Shown one piece after another: positions 24,938 to 38,363 of a DNA stretch of 64,000 bases. The position numbers were made by a program, and so were the translations under genes. The notes under the pieces are model-generated. The model was not told the DNA's origin. It saw only the letters and a list, made by a program, of their open reading frames with translations, and made no database searches. Position 1 is the stretch's first letter; each line of letters begins with the position of its first letter. Source of the stretch: Squalus acanthias (lineage: Eukaryota); NCBI GenBank assembly GCA_030390025.1, contig CM059431.1:120902001-120966000 (forward strand), written 5' to 3'.

Positions 24938-26779
24938 CAATGGATCAGATCAAAGCTCTACAGTCCTGCCTCATCCAGTCATGAATGGTGGTGGACAATT
25001 AAACAACTAACGAGAGAAGGATATTCCATGCACATCCCCATCCTAAATGATGGCAGAGCCCAGCACTTGCATTCAAAAGAAAAGGCTGAAGCGTTTGCAA
25101 CCATCTTTAGCCAGAAGTGCCGAGTGGATGATCCATCTTGGCCTCTTCCTGACGTCCCCACCATCACAGAAGCCAGTCTTCAGCCAATTCGATTCACTCC
25201 ACGTGAGATCAAGAAACGGCTGAATACACTAGATACAGCAAAGCTATGGGCCACAACAACATCCTGGCTGTTGTGCTGAAGACTTATGCTCCAGAACTAG
25301 CCGCACCTCTAGCCAAGCTGTTCCACTACAGCTACAGCACTGGCATCTGCCTGACAATGTGAAAAATTGCCCTGGTATGTCCTGTCCACAAAAAGCAGGA
25401 CAAATCCAATCCAACCAATTACCGCCCCAACAGTCTACTCTCAATCATCAGCAATGTGATAGAAGGTGTCATCGACAGTGCTATCAAGCAGCACTCACTC
25501 ACCAATAACCTGCTCACCGATGCTCAGTTTGGATTCTGTCAGGCCCACTCAGCTCCAGACCTCATTACAGCCTTGGTCCATACATGGACAAAAGAGCTGA
25601 ATTCTAGAGGTGAGGTGAGACTGACTGCCCTTGGCATCAAGGCAGCATTTGACTGAGTGTGGCATCAAGGAGCCCTAGTAAAATTGAAGTCAAAGGGCAT
25701 CAGGGGGAAAACTCTCCAATGGCTGGAGAATAGCACAAAGGAAGATTGTTGTGGTTGTTGGAGGCCGATCATCTCAGTCCCAGGACATTGCTGCAGCAGT
25801 TCCTCAGGGCAGTGTCCTCGGCCCAAACATCTTCAGCTGCTTCATCAATGACCTTCCCTCCAACATAAGGTAAGAAGTGGGATGTTCGCCGATGATTGTA
25901 CTGTGGTCAGTTCCATTCGCAAATCCTCAGATAATGAAGCAGTCCGTGCCCGCATGCAGCAAGACCTGGAAAACATTCAGGCTTGGGCTAATAAGTGGCA
26001 AGTAACATTCAGGCCACACAAGTGCCAGGCGATGACGATCTCCAACAAGCGAGCGTCTAACCACCGCCCCTTGACATTCAACAGCATTACCATTGTCGAA
26101 TACCCCACCACCATCCTGGGGGTCATCATTGACCAGAAATTTAACTGGACCAGCCACATAAATACTGTGGCTACAAGAGCCAGTCAGAGGCTGGGTATTC
26201 TGTGGTGAGTGTCTCACCTCCTGGCTCCCCAAAGCCTTTCCAGCATCTACAAGGCACAAGTCAGGAGTGTGATGTAATACTCTCCACTTGCCTGGATGAG
26301 CGCAGCTCCAACAACACTCAAGGAGCTCAACACCATCCAGGACAAAGCAGCCTGCTTGATTGGCACCCATCCACCACCTTAAACGTTCAATCCCACCGCC
26401 ACTGGCGCACCTTGTCTGCAGTGTGTACCATCTACAAGATGCACTGCAGCATCTTGCCAAGGCTTCTTCGACAGCATCTCCCAAACACGCGACCTCTACC
26501 TCCTAGAAGGACAAGGGCAGCAGTCCCATGGGAACACCTCCAAGTTCCCCTCCAGGTCACACACCATCCTGACTTGGAAATATCTCGCGTTTCTTCATCA
26601 TCGCTGGGTCAAAATTCTGGAACTCGCTATCTAACAGGACCATGGGTGTATGTTCACCACACAGACTACAACGGACCTAGAAGGCGGCTCACCACCACCT
26701 TCTCAAAGAGCAATTAGGGATGGGCAAGAAATGCTGGCCTTGCCAGCAATGCCCACATCCCATAAATGAATTTAAAAAA
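24938..26779 (+). mobile_element. 5'-truncated CR1/L2-group LINE (second family), decayed RT
   Basis: YRP.SLLS, QFGF, IKAAFD and MFADD motifs with stops. 3' end ...gcccacatcccataaatgaatttaaaaaa. Confidence 0.85.
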
Positions 26780-26789
26780 GACATGACAT

Positions 26790-27570
26790 GAGGAAACGCC
26801 TCCCCACCCCAACCAATGGTGGGAACCTTACGGAACCACAGGTCCAAAGCCACCGGTGCCTCTCAAGCATGCTACATTCACCACATGTCATGTCTCAAAT
26901 TACTTATATACTGTATCCCAAAATGTTATCTTCTCAAAGAAATGTATCTCATTTGCTTTTGAATGAATCAATATTAACTCCTTCTACCATCTCCCAAGGG
27001 AGGCTGTTCCATAGGTTGATCATTCATTTACTTAAATATTGGTTCCATAGATTAGATTTAAATTTACCCCCCTTTAAGTGCAGGCCGTGTCCTCTGGTTC
27101 TATTGTTCTGGACAAGGTGAAATAGTTTGTCTTGGTCTACATTATCTAGTCTCTTTAGAATCCTAAAAGCAGCAACCATATTATCTCTCAACCTTCTCTT
27201 TTCTATTGAGAGCCTGCCCAATTTACGTAATCACTGCTCAAAATCCAATCGCTCCATTCCCTCAATCATTCTGGTTGCTCTCTTCTCCATCCTTTCAATA
27301 GCTGCAATATCCTTATGCAGTGGAGAACCAGCACAGTGCATAGTACTATAAGTGCGGTCACACCAATGATTGATAACGTGGCAGGATTACCTCACTATTT
27401 CTGCTCAATATTGTCCTTTTAATACATCCCAACATCTGATTTGCTTTACTCACTGCCATCGAGCATTGTTATGATAGCTTCAATTTATTGTCAATCAGGC
27501 CCTCAGATCGCTTTCATTTTCCACGCACATTATTTTCTTTCCATTTAAGTAATCGTCCCTTCCTGGAGTT
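26790..27570 (-). mobile_element. Old CR1 3' RT fragment
   Basis: Peptide SIEKRRLRDNMVAAFRILK...TRGHGLHL. Confidence 0.7.
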
Positions 27571-29554
27571 TTGTCCCCTTGTGTATGAAAATGTGATTTG
27601 CAGGCACAGGCAAGGGAAGCTGAATCTTGTGCTCTCAGGTGGGTCTCACTGATTGGCTCCGGTCTGGGGTTTCCAATCTGTTACACTTATTATTAGTGTC
27701 ACTCTTCACATTTCTAGAATGTTGACAGAAGGTATGGGCTCTTTTCCTGGTTACTGAAAGGTCCTGCACCACAGCTGCACAAGCAAACTGGAAACAGATT
27801 TCAGCATTACAGAACATAACCTTGCATTACACTCACACATTAAAAGGTCAATGGGCGGCATCAAATATCAAAACAAAAATCCTAAATATGTAATCTGCTA
27901 AGTAAACTCATTTGCATTTTAACCCATTCCAATTTTATTTCTAAATGTTAGCAATTCAGCAAGTGCAATGTTAGGAATGCGCAAATAAAGCATTTAATGC
28001 ACTCACACCACACCCTGTACATTTCAAAAAAAGTGGTTGCATTTGGTATTGAAGAAAATAAATCGCCACGCAAGACAACAACTGAGAGCATACCATAGAG
28101 TTCCTTTGAGGAAACTTTAGGCTGTGAAATTCGATGATGTAGCGCTGGCCGTTATGACCGGTTTTGTTGAAAAAATGGCAGCCATCTCACCTCCGCCTGC
28201 TTCCGATGTGGGACACAGCGGCCGCCATTTTGGAGAGGTCGGCAGCACTGTAGTTGCCTGCGCTCACCTCTCCCATGTAAATATGCAGATCGTGACGTTA
28301 ATCGGCCTGCAACACCGGAATTGACGCACGATAGTGATTTTAGATGTCGCCGCACTCCATACCGCCCTCTCCGAACCACGCGTGGAGTAACGTGTGTGCA
28401 GCAGTTGTACAGACATGCTGTGAGCAATTCTTACACGGACACAAAAATCTTTCAAGTATGTTTCTATTTCAGTTTTTGGAGTTTTTTAAAATACTTTATT
28501 AGCGTCGTGGCTTGGTACAATACATTTGAAAAGTTATTAAAGTATGCAGGGAGTGCAGGGAATGCTGCTGGATGCTTGCAAGGCTTTGGCTCTTAAAGAA
28601 AGCCTCTGAGAAGACCACTTGCTAACAGTCCTGGGGGCTCTAGTTGCAGTCCCCCTTGGGCTGCAACATCACATGGAGCTGAAGCAGAAGCAGCAAAGGG
28701 GACAAGCTGCTCGCAGAGGGAGGAGGAAGAAGCAGAAGGAAGGATGCAACCCAGACAGTCCCTTTCTGGCCAGGATATCCGGGATTGAATCATCCGCCTG
28801 CAATACCATTGACCACAACCACAACCACAAATCCCCTTTCAACATTTGTCCCACAACTTACTATCCCTCTGTTACTGACCATCACAGCATCCTCTAGGCC
28901 ACAATGTTTAAATAAATGCCACCACAAAGCAAAGTTTCTAATCCAACTTTATCCATATATGCATCCACTATTATATCAAAAAAACAACAATACACCCTTT
29001 TGCATGCCCTTAGTGACTGTCTTGTGTGTTCCTTTGCCTATCCTACTGATGTCACGCAGTGCTACCCCCAGTGGCTGCGGAATTGCTGGTGGAAGGCTGC
29101 TGACTTTCAGTGGGGGACACTGCAGATAGCCTTGCTGGTCGACCACGAGGTGCTGGTGGCTGTGAGTGTGAAATCGAGTGACAGTGTTTCTTCTTCTTCT
29201 TCTTCTTCTTCTTCTTCTTCACTCTCCTCTCCCTCTTCTTGGTCAACCATTGGCTGGGAAGGCTGGATTTCTTAGGTGTCTGAAATGAGGAAGGCACAAG
29301 GGTAGGGTAGTGGTGAGGGGAGGGTGGAAAAAAGAGTGCATGCTTACACCATGTGCAGCTTGTACATCAGAAGATATTGTGGGGTGAGGGGGAAGTGGGA
29401 TGTGAGAAAGAGGATAACATATGAGGATACAGGCATCTTGTATTCTTTCAGCCCCGCTGCTAGCCAAGGACTCAGCCATGCCCCTGCCAAGAATGGGCAG
29501 CACTGTCTCCTCCAAAGGGGTGAGGTGAAGCTAGGAATGTGAGGTGTACCTCGT

Positions 29555-30260
29555 GTTTGGTAGAGATCCAGGTGAAACAGCGATTAACTTGTACTTCGTG
29601 CAATTTAGTATACTGTATTCACTGCTCGCGATGTGGTCTCCTCTACACTGGGGAGACCAAACACAGATTGGGTGACCGCTTTGTGGAACACCTCCGTTCA
29701 GTCCATAAGCGTGACCTCGAGCTTCCGGTCGCCTGTCACTTTAATTCTCCGCTGCAATCCCACTCTGATCGCTCCGTCCTCGGCCTCTTACTCTGTTCCA
29801 ACGAAGCTCAATGTAAACTTGAGGAACAACACCTCATCTTTCGATTAGGAACTTTACAGCCTTCTGGACTCAACATCGAGTTCAACAATTTCAGACAATA
29901 ATCTCAGCTGCATTTTTTTTTCTCTCACATGGCAGCTGTTGATGATTCTGCCATTCCCATTTACACCTCATCTAGACTCATCTTTTGTTTCTTAACTTGT
30001 CCAATTATCATCTCCTTTTGCCTTTTAATCTCTCCTGCCTTCCACCCTATCACAGACCTTCCCTATTGTTCCATCCTCCCCTCCCTCCTTTCCCAGCCCC
30101 ACACTTGCTTAAAAATCTGTTACTTCTCTAACTTTTTCTAGTTCTGACAAAGGGTCATCGACCTGAAACGTTAACTGTTTATCTCTCCACAGAGGCTGAG
30201 TATTTCCAGCATTTTCTGTTTTTATTTCAGATTTCCAGCATCTGCAGTGTTTCGCTTTTG
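29555..30260 (+). mobile_element. Penelope-like GIY-YIG fragment plus terminal repeat (hammerhead core mutated)
   Basis: LTCTSCNLVYCIHCSRCGLLYTGETKHRLGDRFVEH; CTGACAA variant at 30140-30176. Confidence 0.88.
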
Positions 30261-30973
30261 TATTTGGAAGATTATAGTTAGGGCATATGCAATGTGCTCA
30301 CTTACTTCCTTTAAACCCTGGGATAGAAACTATCTGGTCCTCGGAATTTATCACTCTTTAGTGCCATTATTTTCTTCATTATTGTTATTTTGCTTACATT
30401 AATTTTATTGAGTCCCTGTCCCTGATTTAGTTTCCGTGGAATTTCTGGCATGCTATCCTCTTCCTCTACTAGAAATACTGAAGCAAAGTATTAAACATGT
30501 CCACCATTTCCTTATTATCATTGATAATATCACTGCTTTCAGTTTTTAAGAGGACTACCTTCTTTTTCCTAATGTAATTGCAAAAAAATGTTGTGTTGAT
30601 ATGGATACCCCTTGTAAGTTTCCTTTCATACTCCTTTTTTGTAGCTCTTACTATATGTTTTGTGACCCTTTGCTGTTCTTTGTTTCTTTCCCATTCACCA
30701 GGATCTGTGCTATTTTTTGCATTTTTGTATGCTTTTTCTTTTAGTTTTATGCTGTCCCTTACCTCTTTAGTCGACCATGGCTGTTTTTTTTTGGCAAGTA
30801 GAGCACTTGCCCCTCAGGGTTATAAATTGGTTCTGTAACATCTTAATTTCTTTTTTGAACAACTCCCACTGATCTACTGTCATTTTACCCATTAACAGAT
30901 TTGCCCAGTTTACTGTGGACAGTCTCCGTCTCATCCCTTTAAAAAAAGAGCCTAACTCAAATCTAGACTCTGA

Positions 30974-32501
30974 GGCCGCGATTTTCTCAGCGGTGTTGGG
31001 ATGGAGGCGGGTCTGCTGGTTTCCAGGTTCCAGTCCCGCCCCCAGCTGCCTCCGCTCTGCAGATGTGATTTTCCCTTGATTTTCCTTGTTAAGCCCATCC
31101 TGCGGGCTCACTGATCAATTAACAGGAAGCGGGTCTGATGATGTAATTTGATGACGCATCAGCTGCTGATTTCCTTAAAGGGACCATGCACAATTTTCTT
31201 TTGACAGCATTGAGGTGCTGAAAACACTGACAATCACGGCACAAAGGTGAACTGCACTGCACCCAGACTCTCCAATGTGCTTATGGGAGGGAGTTACAGT
31301 ACTCAGGGAGGTTCTCTTCCCTTCCAAGGGGGGAAGAGACCTCCCCAAGACACCAACTTACCTTGCACCTCCACCCAATTCTCTCTATCTACTTTATCAC
31401 TTCCCCATCTCATTAGCCACCCCTCACACTCACCCTCATTCTACTGCAAGCATACCAACTAGCAACACACAAGGGTGGCCAATTGAGAGGTTTAGCCAAT
31501 GTCCATGTGAAGTTTCTGGTAATGTGTTGTTATACAGTGAAATCTCTTTTTCAAAAAGTGCCCCTTATTGGACAGATCTGAGCGCACATTGAGAAGTGTC
31601 TTACTGAGTTCCAGTGATTGTTCAGTCATAACTTCCCCCCCCCCCCCCACCCCGCTACAGTGATGTGTGTGCATGGAATGGCTTGGACATTAAAGGGATG
31701 CTTCACGGTGCTGGTGTGGGATGGTGTCAACCTGGCGCATCATGTGGAGCCAGGGTTTACAGCATCAATTGAAGAAAGTCTGGCCATGGTGATGCCATCG
31801 TTGGCCTCCCGGCCAGCAATTTTATCAGGGGCTGATGCCCTGTGTCCAGTGCAGCATCAGGTGATGGTGGCAAAGGTTGGTGATGAGGTTGGTGATGTAG
31901 GTTTTAGGGATGATTGTGGAAGGATTCGGAGGACCAAGGTCTGATTGTTTCATTGGCTCCAATGTTGCTGGAATAGATGGCAGCTGCAGGTGAGATGACA
32001 GAAGCGATCTGTCACTGGTGAGAGAGGTTGTTCCAATGAGGTGACACTGGACATACAGTTGGATTTAAGAACTTGTAAGCTAAAGAAATCTGTATATGTA
32101 TTAAAATGCAGTAACCAACCTTTTCTTTGCTCTGAAACTCCCCATTTGCAACATGGCATCCTTGACACCACTTCTGCAGCTGTCATCTTTTCGCAAACAT
32201 CAGACCAGACTCACAACATGCCACACTTACCTGGCGTGTTGTCCGGGCATTGTAAAACCTGACCCAGAAGCTGGAAAATCGAAAAAGACCCTGAAAATTG
32301 CTCACAAGTACCTGTTCATAGGCAGTTAATTGCCTTTAATCCATTTCCCGCCGCTAGGTGTCGGGTCCATTCGCAAATCGGTGACCCGACACTTGGGAAG
32401 GTTGTGTGGAGGTGGGATAATGGTGGGTTCGTAACCCGCCGCCAATCAAACCTCTGACCCGCCTCCAAACCCGCCCACTGAGCGCTGGCAAAATCGCGGC
32501 C
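30974..32501. mobile_element. Harbinger-derived non-autonomous element
   Basis: TIRs GGCCGCGATTTT...AAAATCGCGGCC inserted in CR1. Confidence 0.75.
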
Positions 32502-32639
32502 TTAGTAGCTGTTTCGCATTTCTCCCTTTCAAACGTTACATTGAACTCGATCATGTTATGATCACTATTGGATAAATGTTCAAACACAGTTAGGCTGTTA
32601 ACTAAATCTGGCTCATTACTCATTACTAAATATATATTA

Positions 32640-33617
32640 ATGATCTAGACAAGGGAACTAGATGTAATATCTCCAAGTTTGCAGACGACACAAAACTGGG
32701 TGGGCGTGTGTGCTGCGAGGAGGATGCCGAGAAACTTCAGGATGATTTGGACAGGTTGGGTGATTGGGCAGAAGCGTGGCAGATGCAATATAACGTGGAT
32801 AAATGCGAGGTTATCCACTTTGGTGTCAAAAACAGAAAGGCAGATTATTATCTGAATGGCAATAGTTTGGGACAAGGGGAAGTGAAACGAGACCTGGGTG
32901 TCCTTGTGCACCAGTCGCTGAAGGTAAGCATGCAGGTGCAGCAGGCGGTTAAGAAGGCAAATGGTATGTTGGCCTTCATAGCGAGAGGGTTTGAGTATAG
33001 GAACAAGGATGTCTTGCTGCAGTTGTACAGGGCCTTGGTGAGACCACACCTTGAGTACTGTGTGCAGTTTTGGTCGCCTTATCTGAGGAAGGATGTTCTT
33101 GCCATGGAAGGAGTTCAGCGAAGATTCACAAGGCTGATACCTGGTATGGCAGGAATGACATATGAAGAGAGATTGGGTCGATTGGGCTTATACTCGCTGG
33201 AGTTTAGAAGAATGAGAGGGGATCTGATTGAAACTTATAAAATTCTGACAGGACAGGATAAACTAGATGCAGGAAGGATGTTCCCGATGGTCGGGGAGTC
33301 CAGAACCAGGGGTCACAGTCTAAGGATAAGGGGTAAGCCATTTAGGACAGAAATGAGGAGGAATTTCTTCACCCAGAGAGTGGTGAACCTGTGGAATTCT
33401 CTGCCACAGAAGGCAGTAGAGGCCAATTCATTAAATAGATTCAAGAAGGAGTTGGATATATTTCTTAAGGCTAAAGGGATCAAGGGATATGGGGAGAAAG
33501 CAGGGACAGGGTACTGAATTTGAATGATCAGCCATGATCGCATCGAATAGCGGAGCAGGCTCGAGGGGCCGAATGGCCTACTCCTGCTCCTATCTTCTAT
33601 GATTCTATGATTCTATG
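32640..33617 (+). mobile_element. Young 5'-truncated CR1 with open RT C-terminus and intact 3' tail
   Basis: SKFADDTKL followed by an uninterrupted 269-aa frame; ends in (ATTCTATG)n. Confidence 0.92.
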
Positions 33618-33660
33618 AAATCTAATATGGCATGCCCCCATGTTGCCTCTAAGATGTAAT

Positions 33661-34427
33661 GGGCCAGAAATTCGGCTCTTGTCGGGTGAGTACGCGCTGT
33701 GTACTCACCCATAAGGCCATCTGAAGTGTCGGTTTTCTGCATGCACTGCGCGTGCGCGGGAAACCGGAACTTCCGTTCCCCTGAAGGGAGGGGTTCAGAA
33801 GTCGTAAGCGTGCGTGGGAGAGGCTGTGCGCACGCAGCGAACTTCGATTTTTTTTTCAGGTTTCTCCGGGAAGTTAATTATGAAGAAGCTGCGCTTTTAA
33901 AAAGGAGGCGCAAGGCCTGTTTTTAACAAGGTAAGTGGTTAATTAATTACAATTTAAAGATTTTTTCAACAGGTTTATCTTTTTTAGATACTTTAAAGAA
34001 AGGTAAGTTTATTTTTAGCACCGTTACAAAGTATAATTAATTTTTTCAAAAATTTAAATTTTTGTTTAAAGTAGTTAATTTATTTAACTTATAGTTATTT
34101 TAAAAATGTGATGTTTTTAAAAAAAAATATTTGAAGTTTAAGTGTGGTTTTTGGGCCGATCTCTATTCATAGATTTGACAGGTCTTCCTGTCAAATCTAT
34201 GAATGAAAATGCCCTGCTAGCATTGGCTCTCCATGGCCCACGTGATCCCAGGGGACACTTCGAACATAACTGCGCCCCTGGGATACACAAGCACTGCGCG
34301 CCGGCAGCTGGAGGAGGCCCAGGACCCGAAGTCCTCGTGGGCCCAAAGCACAACTGCAGGCGCGGTAGGCAAGTACGCGCGCGATGCTTGCACCCGCAGG
34401 AAGCCTGAAAGCCGAAGTTCTGGCCCA
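33661..34427. mobile_element. Harbinger-type MITE
   Basis: TIRs GGGCCAGAAATTCGGC...GCCGAAGTTCTGGCCC. Confidence 0.75.
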
Positions 34428-36439
34428 ACGTTGTAGAAAACTATCCTGGACACACTCAAGAAATTCACTATCTTTCTGACAAGTGCTAGTCTGCTTATCC
34501 TAATCTATATGAAAGTTAAAATCCCCCATTAAAACCACTCTGCCTTTACTACATGCTTGTCTAATCTCTGCATTTATACAATCTACCACTTTATAGCTGC
34601 TACCAGGGGGCCTATACACAACTCCCACTACAGACTTAAATCCTTCCCTATTTTTTAATTCTACCCATAAAGTCTCCACTGCCTGCTTACCTCTCGTTAT
34701 ATCCTCTCTTATCATTGAAGTGATTTCATCCTTAATCACTAAGGCTACTCCTCCCCCTTTGCCATTTTCCCTATCTTTCCTGTAGACGTTATAACTTGAT
34801 ATATTTAGTTCCCATCTTGCAAACCATGTCTCAGTAATAGCTACCATGGCATACCCTTCAATTTGAATTTGCACCTGTAGTTCATTCAATTTATTCCTTA
34901 TACTCCGTGCATTTGTATAAAGAATGATTATTTGGGCCATACACCCCTAGCCTGTCCTTCAGCTCTAATGTTTTTCTCACTTGTTTCTTATTTCTCTCAC
35001 CTAATTTAATCACATTAAATCTTTTAATTTTCCCTCTACATGTAGTACCTAAAGCACAATTTCTGACTGTTACTCTATTCTCTTCCGTTGCGTTTGTTTT
35101 TGAATTATTATTTTTACTACAATTTCCACCTGAGCCCTCCCCCCCCCCCCAACATTTACTAGTTTAAAGTCATTGTGATCGCCCTATTTATCCTTTCCAT
35201 CCCAACTGTACAGTTCCTTCCTGTCCCAATACTGGTACCAGTGCCCCATGAAATTGAACCCCTCTTTCCCACACCACTCCTTTAGCCACATGTTTGCTTC
35301 CCTAATCAGCTTATCCCTATGCCAATTTGCATGTGGCTCAGGTAATAATCCAGAGATTACAACACTTGAGGTCCTGTTCTTTAATTTAGCTCCTAGTTCC
35401 TAGTACTCCCCAAACAGGACCCCTTGCCTACTCTTCCCTATTTTTCTTGGTCCCAACATGGACCACAACAACTGGATCCTCCCCCACCCTCTCCAGTATC
35501 CTTTCAAGCCGGTTTGCGATGTCCCTCACCCTGGCACCAGGTAGGCAACTTATCAGGAGGGACTCTCGATCCTGCTTACAAAAGATGCTATCTGTGCCCC
35601 TAATTATAGAATCCCCATACAACTACCACATCACGCTTCCTCTGCTCGTCCTCCTCCCCCCTTAGGACAGCCTCCTGCTCCAAAGTGCCATGGCCCACAT
35701 TCTGGCTGTCCTTCCGACAGTCTTTATCCTTATCCTCACAGGTAGCAAGTACATTGTGCCTGTTGGATAGGATCAGTTTCTGTGGGTGCTCGTTCTCTTT
35801 CTTACCTGGGTTCGCTTTATTCTGCACACTATCGGTCACACCAACACCGTTCTGATCCTGCATCTCTCTACGAGATGTGACCGAGGTCTGGAGCAAACTG
35901 TCCATTTACTCTTTCCCTGCCGTTATGTGTCGGAGTGTCTCCAACTCACATTCCAGCTCAGTGACTCTGAGCCAGAGAGATTTGAGACGGAGACATCTAC
36001 TGCAGATGTGTTCGCTCGGGACAGTCTTGCTGTACACAAACTCCCACATACTGCAGTCCAGACCCACAACCTGCTCTGCCATGCCTTAGTGAAACATTCT
36101 TTTATTTATTTAATTAGTTAAAAATCTTTATTCAATGATTATATATAGTAATATTAATTTGTTATCTAGTTAAGTGTTCAATAAAGTACGTCATAGTTTC
36201 CCACTCTTAGTTTAAATCACTGCCTAGCTTAGAGAGAAAAAACGTTAATACTCACCAATCACATACCTGATGTCCTGTCACGTCACTGCTTGTTATTTTT
36301 GTTGTCTTAGAATTCGCCGGAGATATACAGTCTCCTCAGGTCCCGACTCCTCGCAGGTCCGCGCTGCCTCTCCTCCCAGTGTAGTTATGGTCAGCCTCCT
36401 CAGGTCCCGACTCCTCACAGGTAAGTTTGAATTTAAGGG

Positions 36440-38210
36440 TTTGGACTGTTTTTTTTAATTTTATTGAAATGGTGGCTTGCTGCAATAGATGTGAAACGTT
36501 TTTTAAGTGTGTAGGGAGTGCTGCTGGATGCTTGCAAGGACTCGGATGGTAAATGAAGGCTTTTGAGAAGACAGAACATGCTGCGAATACTCAGCAGGTC
36601 ACGCAGCATCCGTGGAGAGAGAAACAGAGTACACATCTCAGGTCAACATGCTGCCTGACCAACTGAGTATTTCCAGCATTTTATGCTGTCAATTCACATT
36701 GACAGCATCTGTTTGCAGAGGGAAGAGGAAGACACAGAAGAGGAGGAAGCCGAAGAGGAATCAGACGGAAGAATGCATCCCAGACAGCCCCCTTGTGGCT
36801 GGGTTATCCGGGATGGAATCACCTGCCTGCGGTCCCACTGGCTGGGCAGGCTGCCTCTTCTTGTTGACCCACTGGCTGGGCAGGCTGCATTTCTTGGGTG
36901 TGTGAATGAGAAAGGCACAAGGGTGGAGTTGGGCTGACAGGAGGGCAGGAAAGCAAGAGGTGCATGCCAGAAGGGGGATAACGTACGAGGATACCCGCAT
37001 CTTGTATCCTTTCAGCCCCGCCGCTGGCCAAGGGCTCAACCATGCCCCTGCCAAGAATGGCCTGCATCGTCTCCTCCAAGGGGGTGAGGTGAGGCTAGGA
37101 ATGGGAGATGTGCCTTGTGATTGGTGTAGATTGTTGGTAGGTTAGTGATTGGGGGTTGTGCATTGAGCAGTGTGTGAGGCTCGTGTTGCAGTTGGTAAGA
37201 GACGGCTTTTGAAGATGCATTCACTGACCTTGACCAGTGGTCTGAGGTCAAGAAGCTTCTTTGGGCACTGGAGACAGGTGGTGGGGCAACACTACTGGCA
37301 GTGACAGCCTTGGTGATCTGGTCCCACATCATTCTTTCTGGAGAGCCTCCTGGCCCCTGTGGGTAGAGGGCCGCTCTTGCAGTGTTGACCTCTGCACAAA
37401 GCTGGAGTGCTGCATGTGAGACCTTCGGTGCCCCTTCCCTGGCTTGCTGAGGCATTTGTGTTAGTGCTGAGGCAGTTTTCCCATTTGTTGAGGTTGGGAA
37501 GTTTTTGGATGGGAAACCCAGAAGTAAGGGTTTCCTGGCTGTTCTGCAGAATTTAACTGCAGGGCGTCTTTTACATTTTTTCAGTAGGTGTCCTGGCTGT
37601 CTGTTGGGCGGGAAAGCAGCCGGGGAGTGACTGGCAGGCAAGTAGGAGATCCCGGGGGGGCTGGGGGGGATTGGGGGGAGGTGAGGAGTGTCGGAGATCG
37701 TGGGGGTGGGGGTAGTCAGAGATCGCAGGGGGTCAGAGATCGGGGGCTTCGGGGAGACAGAGAACAGGTTGGGGAGTCGGAGATCGAGTGTGGGGCGGGA
37801 GTCGGAGATCGAGGGGTGGTGGTGGAGGGGGAGTTGGAGATCGTGCAGGGAGAGTCGTAAATCTGGGGTTGTGTAAAGAGGTTAACTCATTGGACCGAGT
37901 GGAAACACTCCTGCTCCTCCTGGCCCACAAGCAGTGCTGTAAATGCACTTACCTCATGGATCTGGCCCTTCGCGCATCCTTTTACCACCCTGGTTTCCCA
38001 ATAAAAAAGCCTGTTAAAATAGAGGCACACAGCTTCCACTGACTGACTCGCATCCTGAGAGCGGATTGGTGGCCTACCCCCTGGCCCACCTTCCTTAAAA
38101 CTGGAAATGAGTGAGATTGAGGCGAGTTGGGGTCGTGTTTGAGATTTTTAAAAATTTACTTCCCTCCCACCCACAACCCACCCATCCTTGGTGTTAAACC
38201 TACCCACATG
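36440..38210 (-). mobile_element. Harbinger element remnant with Myb/SANT-like ORF and short GGAGATCG repeat
   Basis: Peptide APKVSHAALQL...MMWDQITKAVTASS; similar to 28480-29530. Confidence 0.6.
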
Positions 38211-38363
38211 GATTAAGTAAAGTCATCAATATTTGATAATAAACTGACGATAGTAACTGCACCTCGTTGTGTTATGGAATTTTCAACCCACACCACTACC
38301 TCTTCATCTCCCTCTATTCCTTCAAGATCCTCCTTAAAGCCCAACTCTTTGACCAAGCCCCTT

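Larger units (their letters stand above)
30265..36430 (-). mobile_element. Fragmented CR1 (ORF1 esterase, APE endonuclease, linker) carrying three nested insertions
   Basis: GDSIIRG...VHVGT (35428-35622); YTNARSIRNK, ITETW and MGDFN (34500-34940); HLSNSDHN (32500-32630); linker at 30265-30970. Confidence 0.8.
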
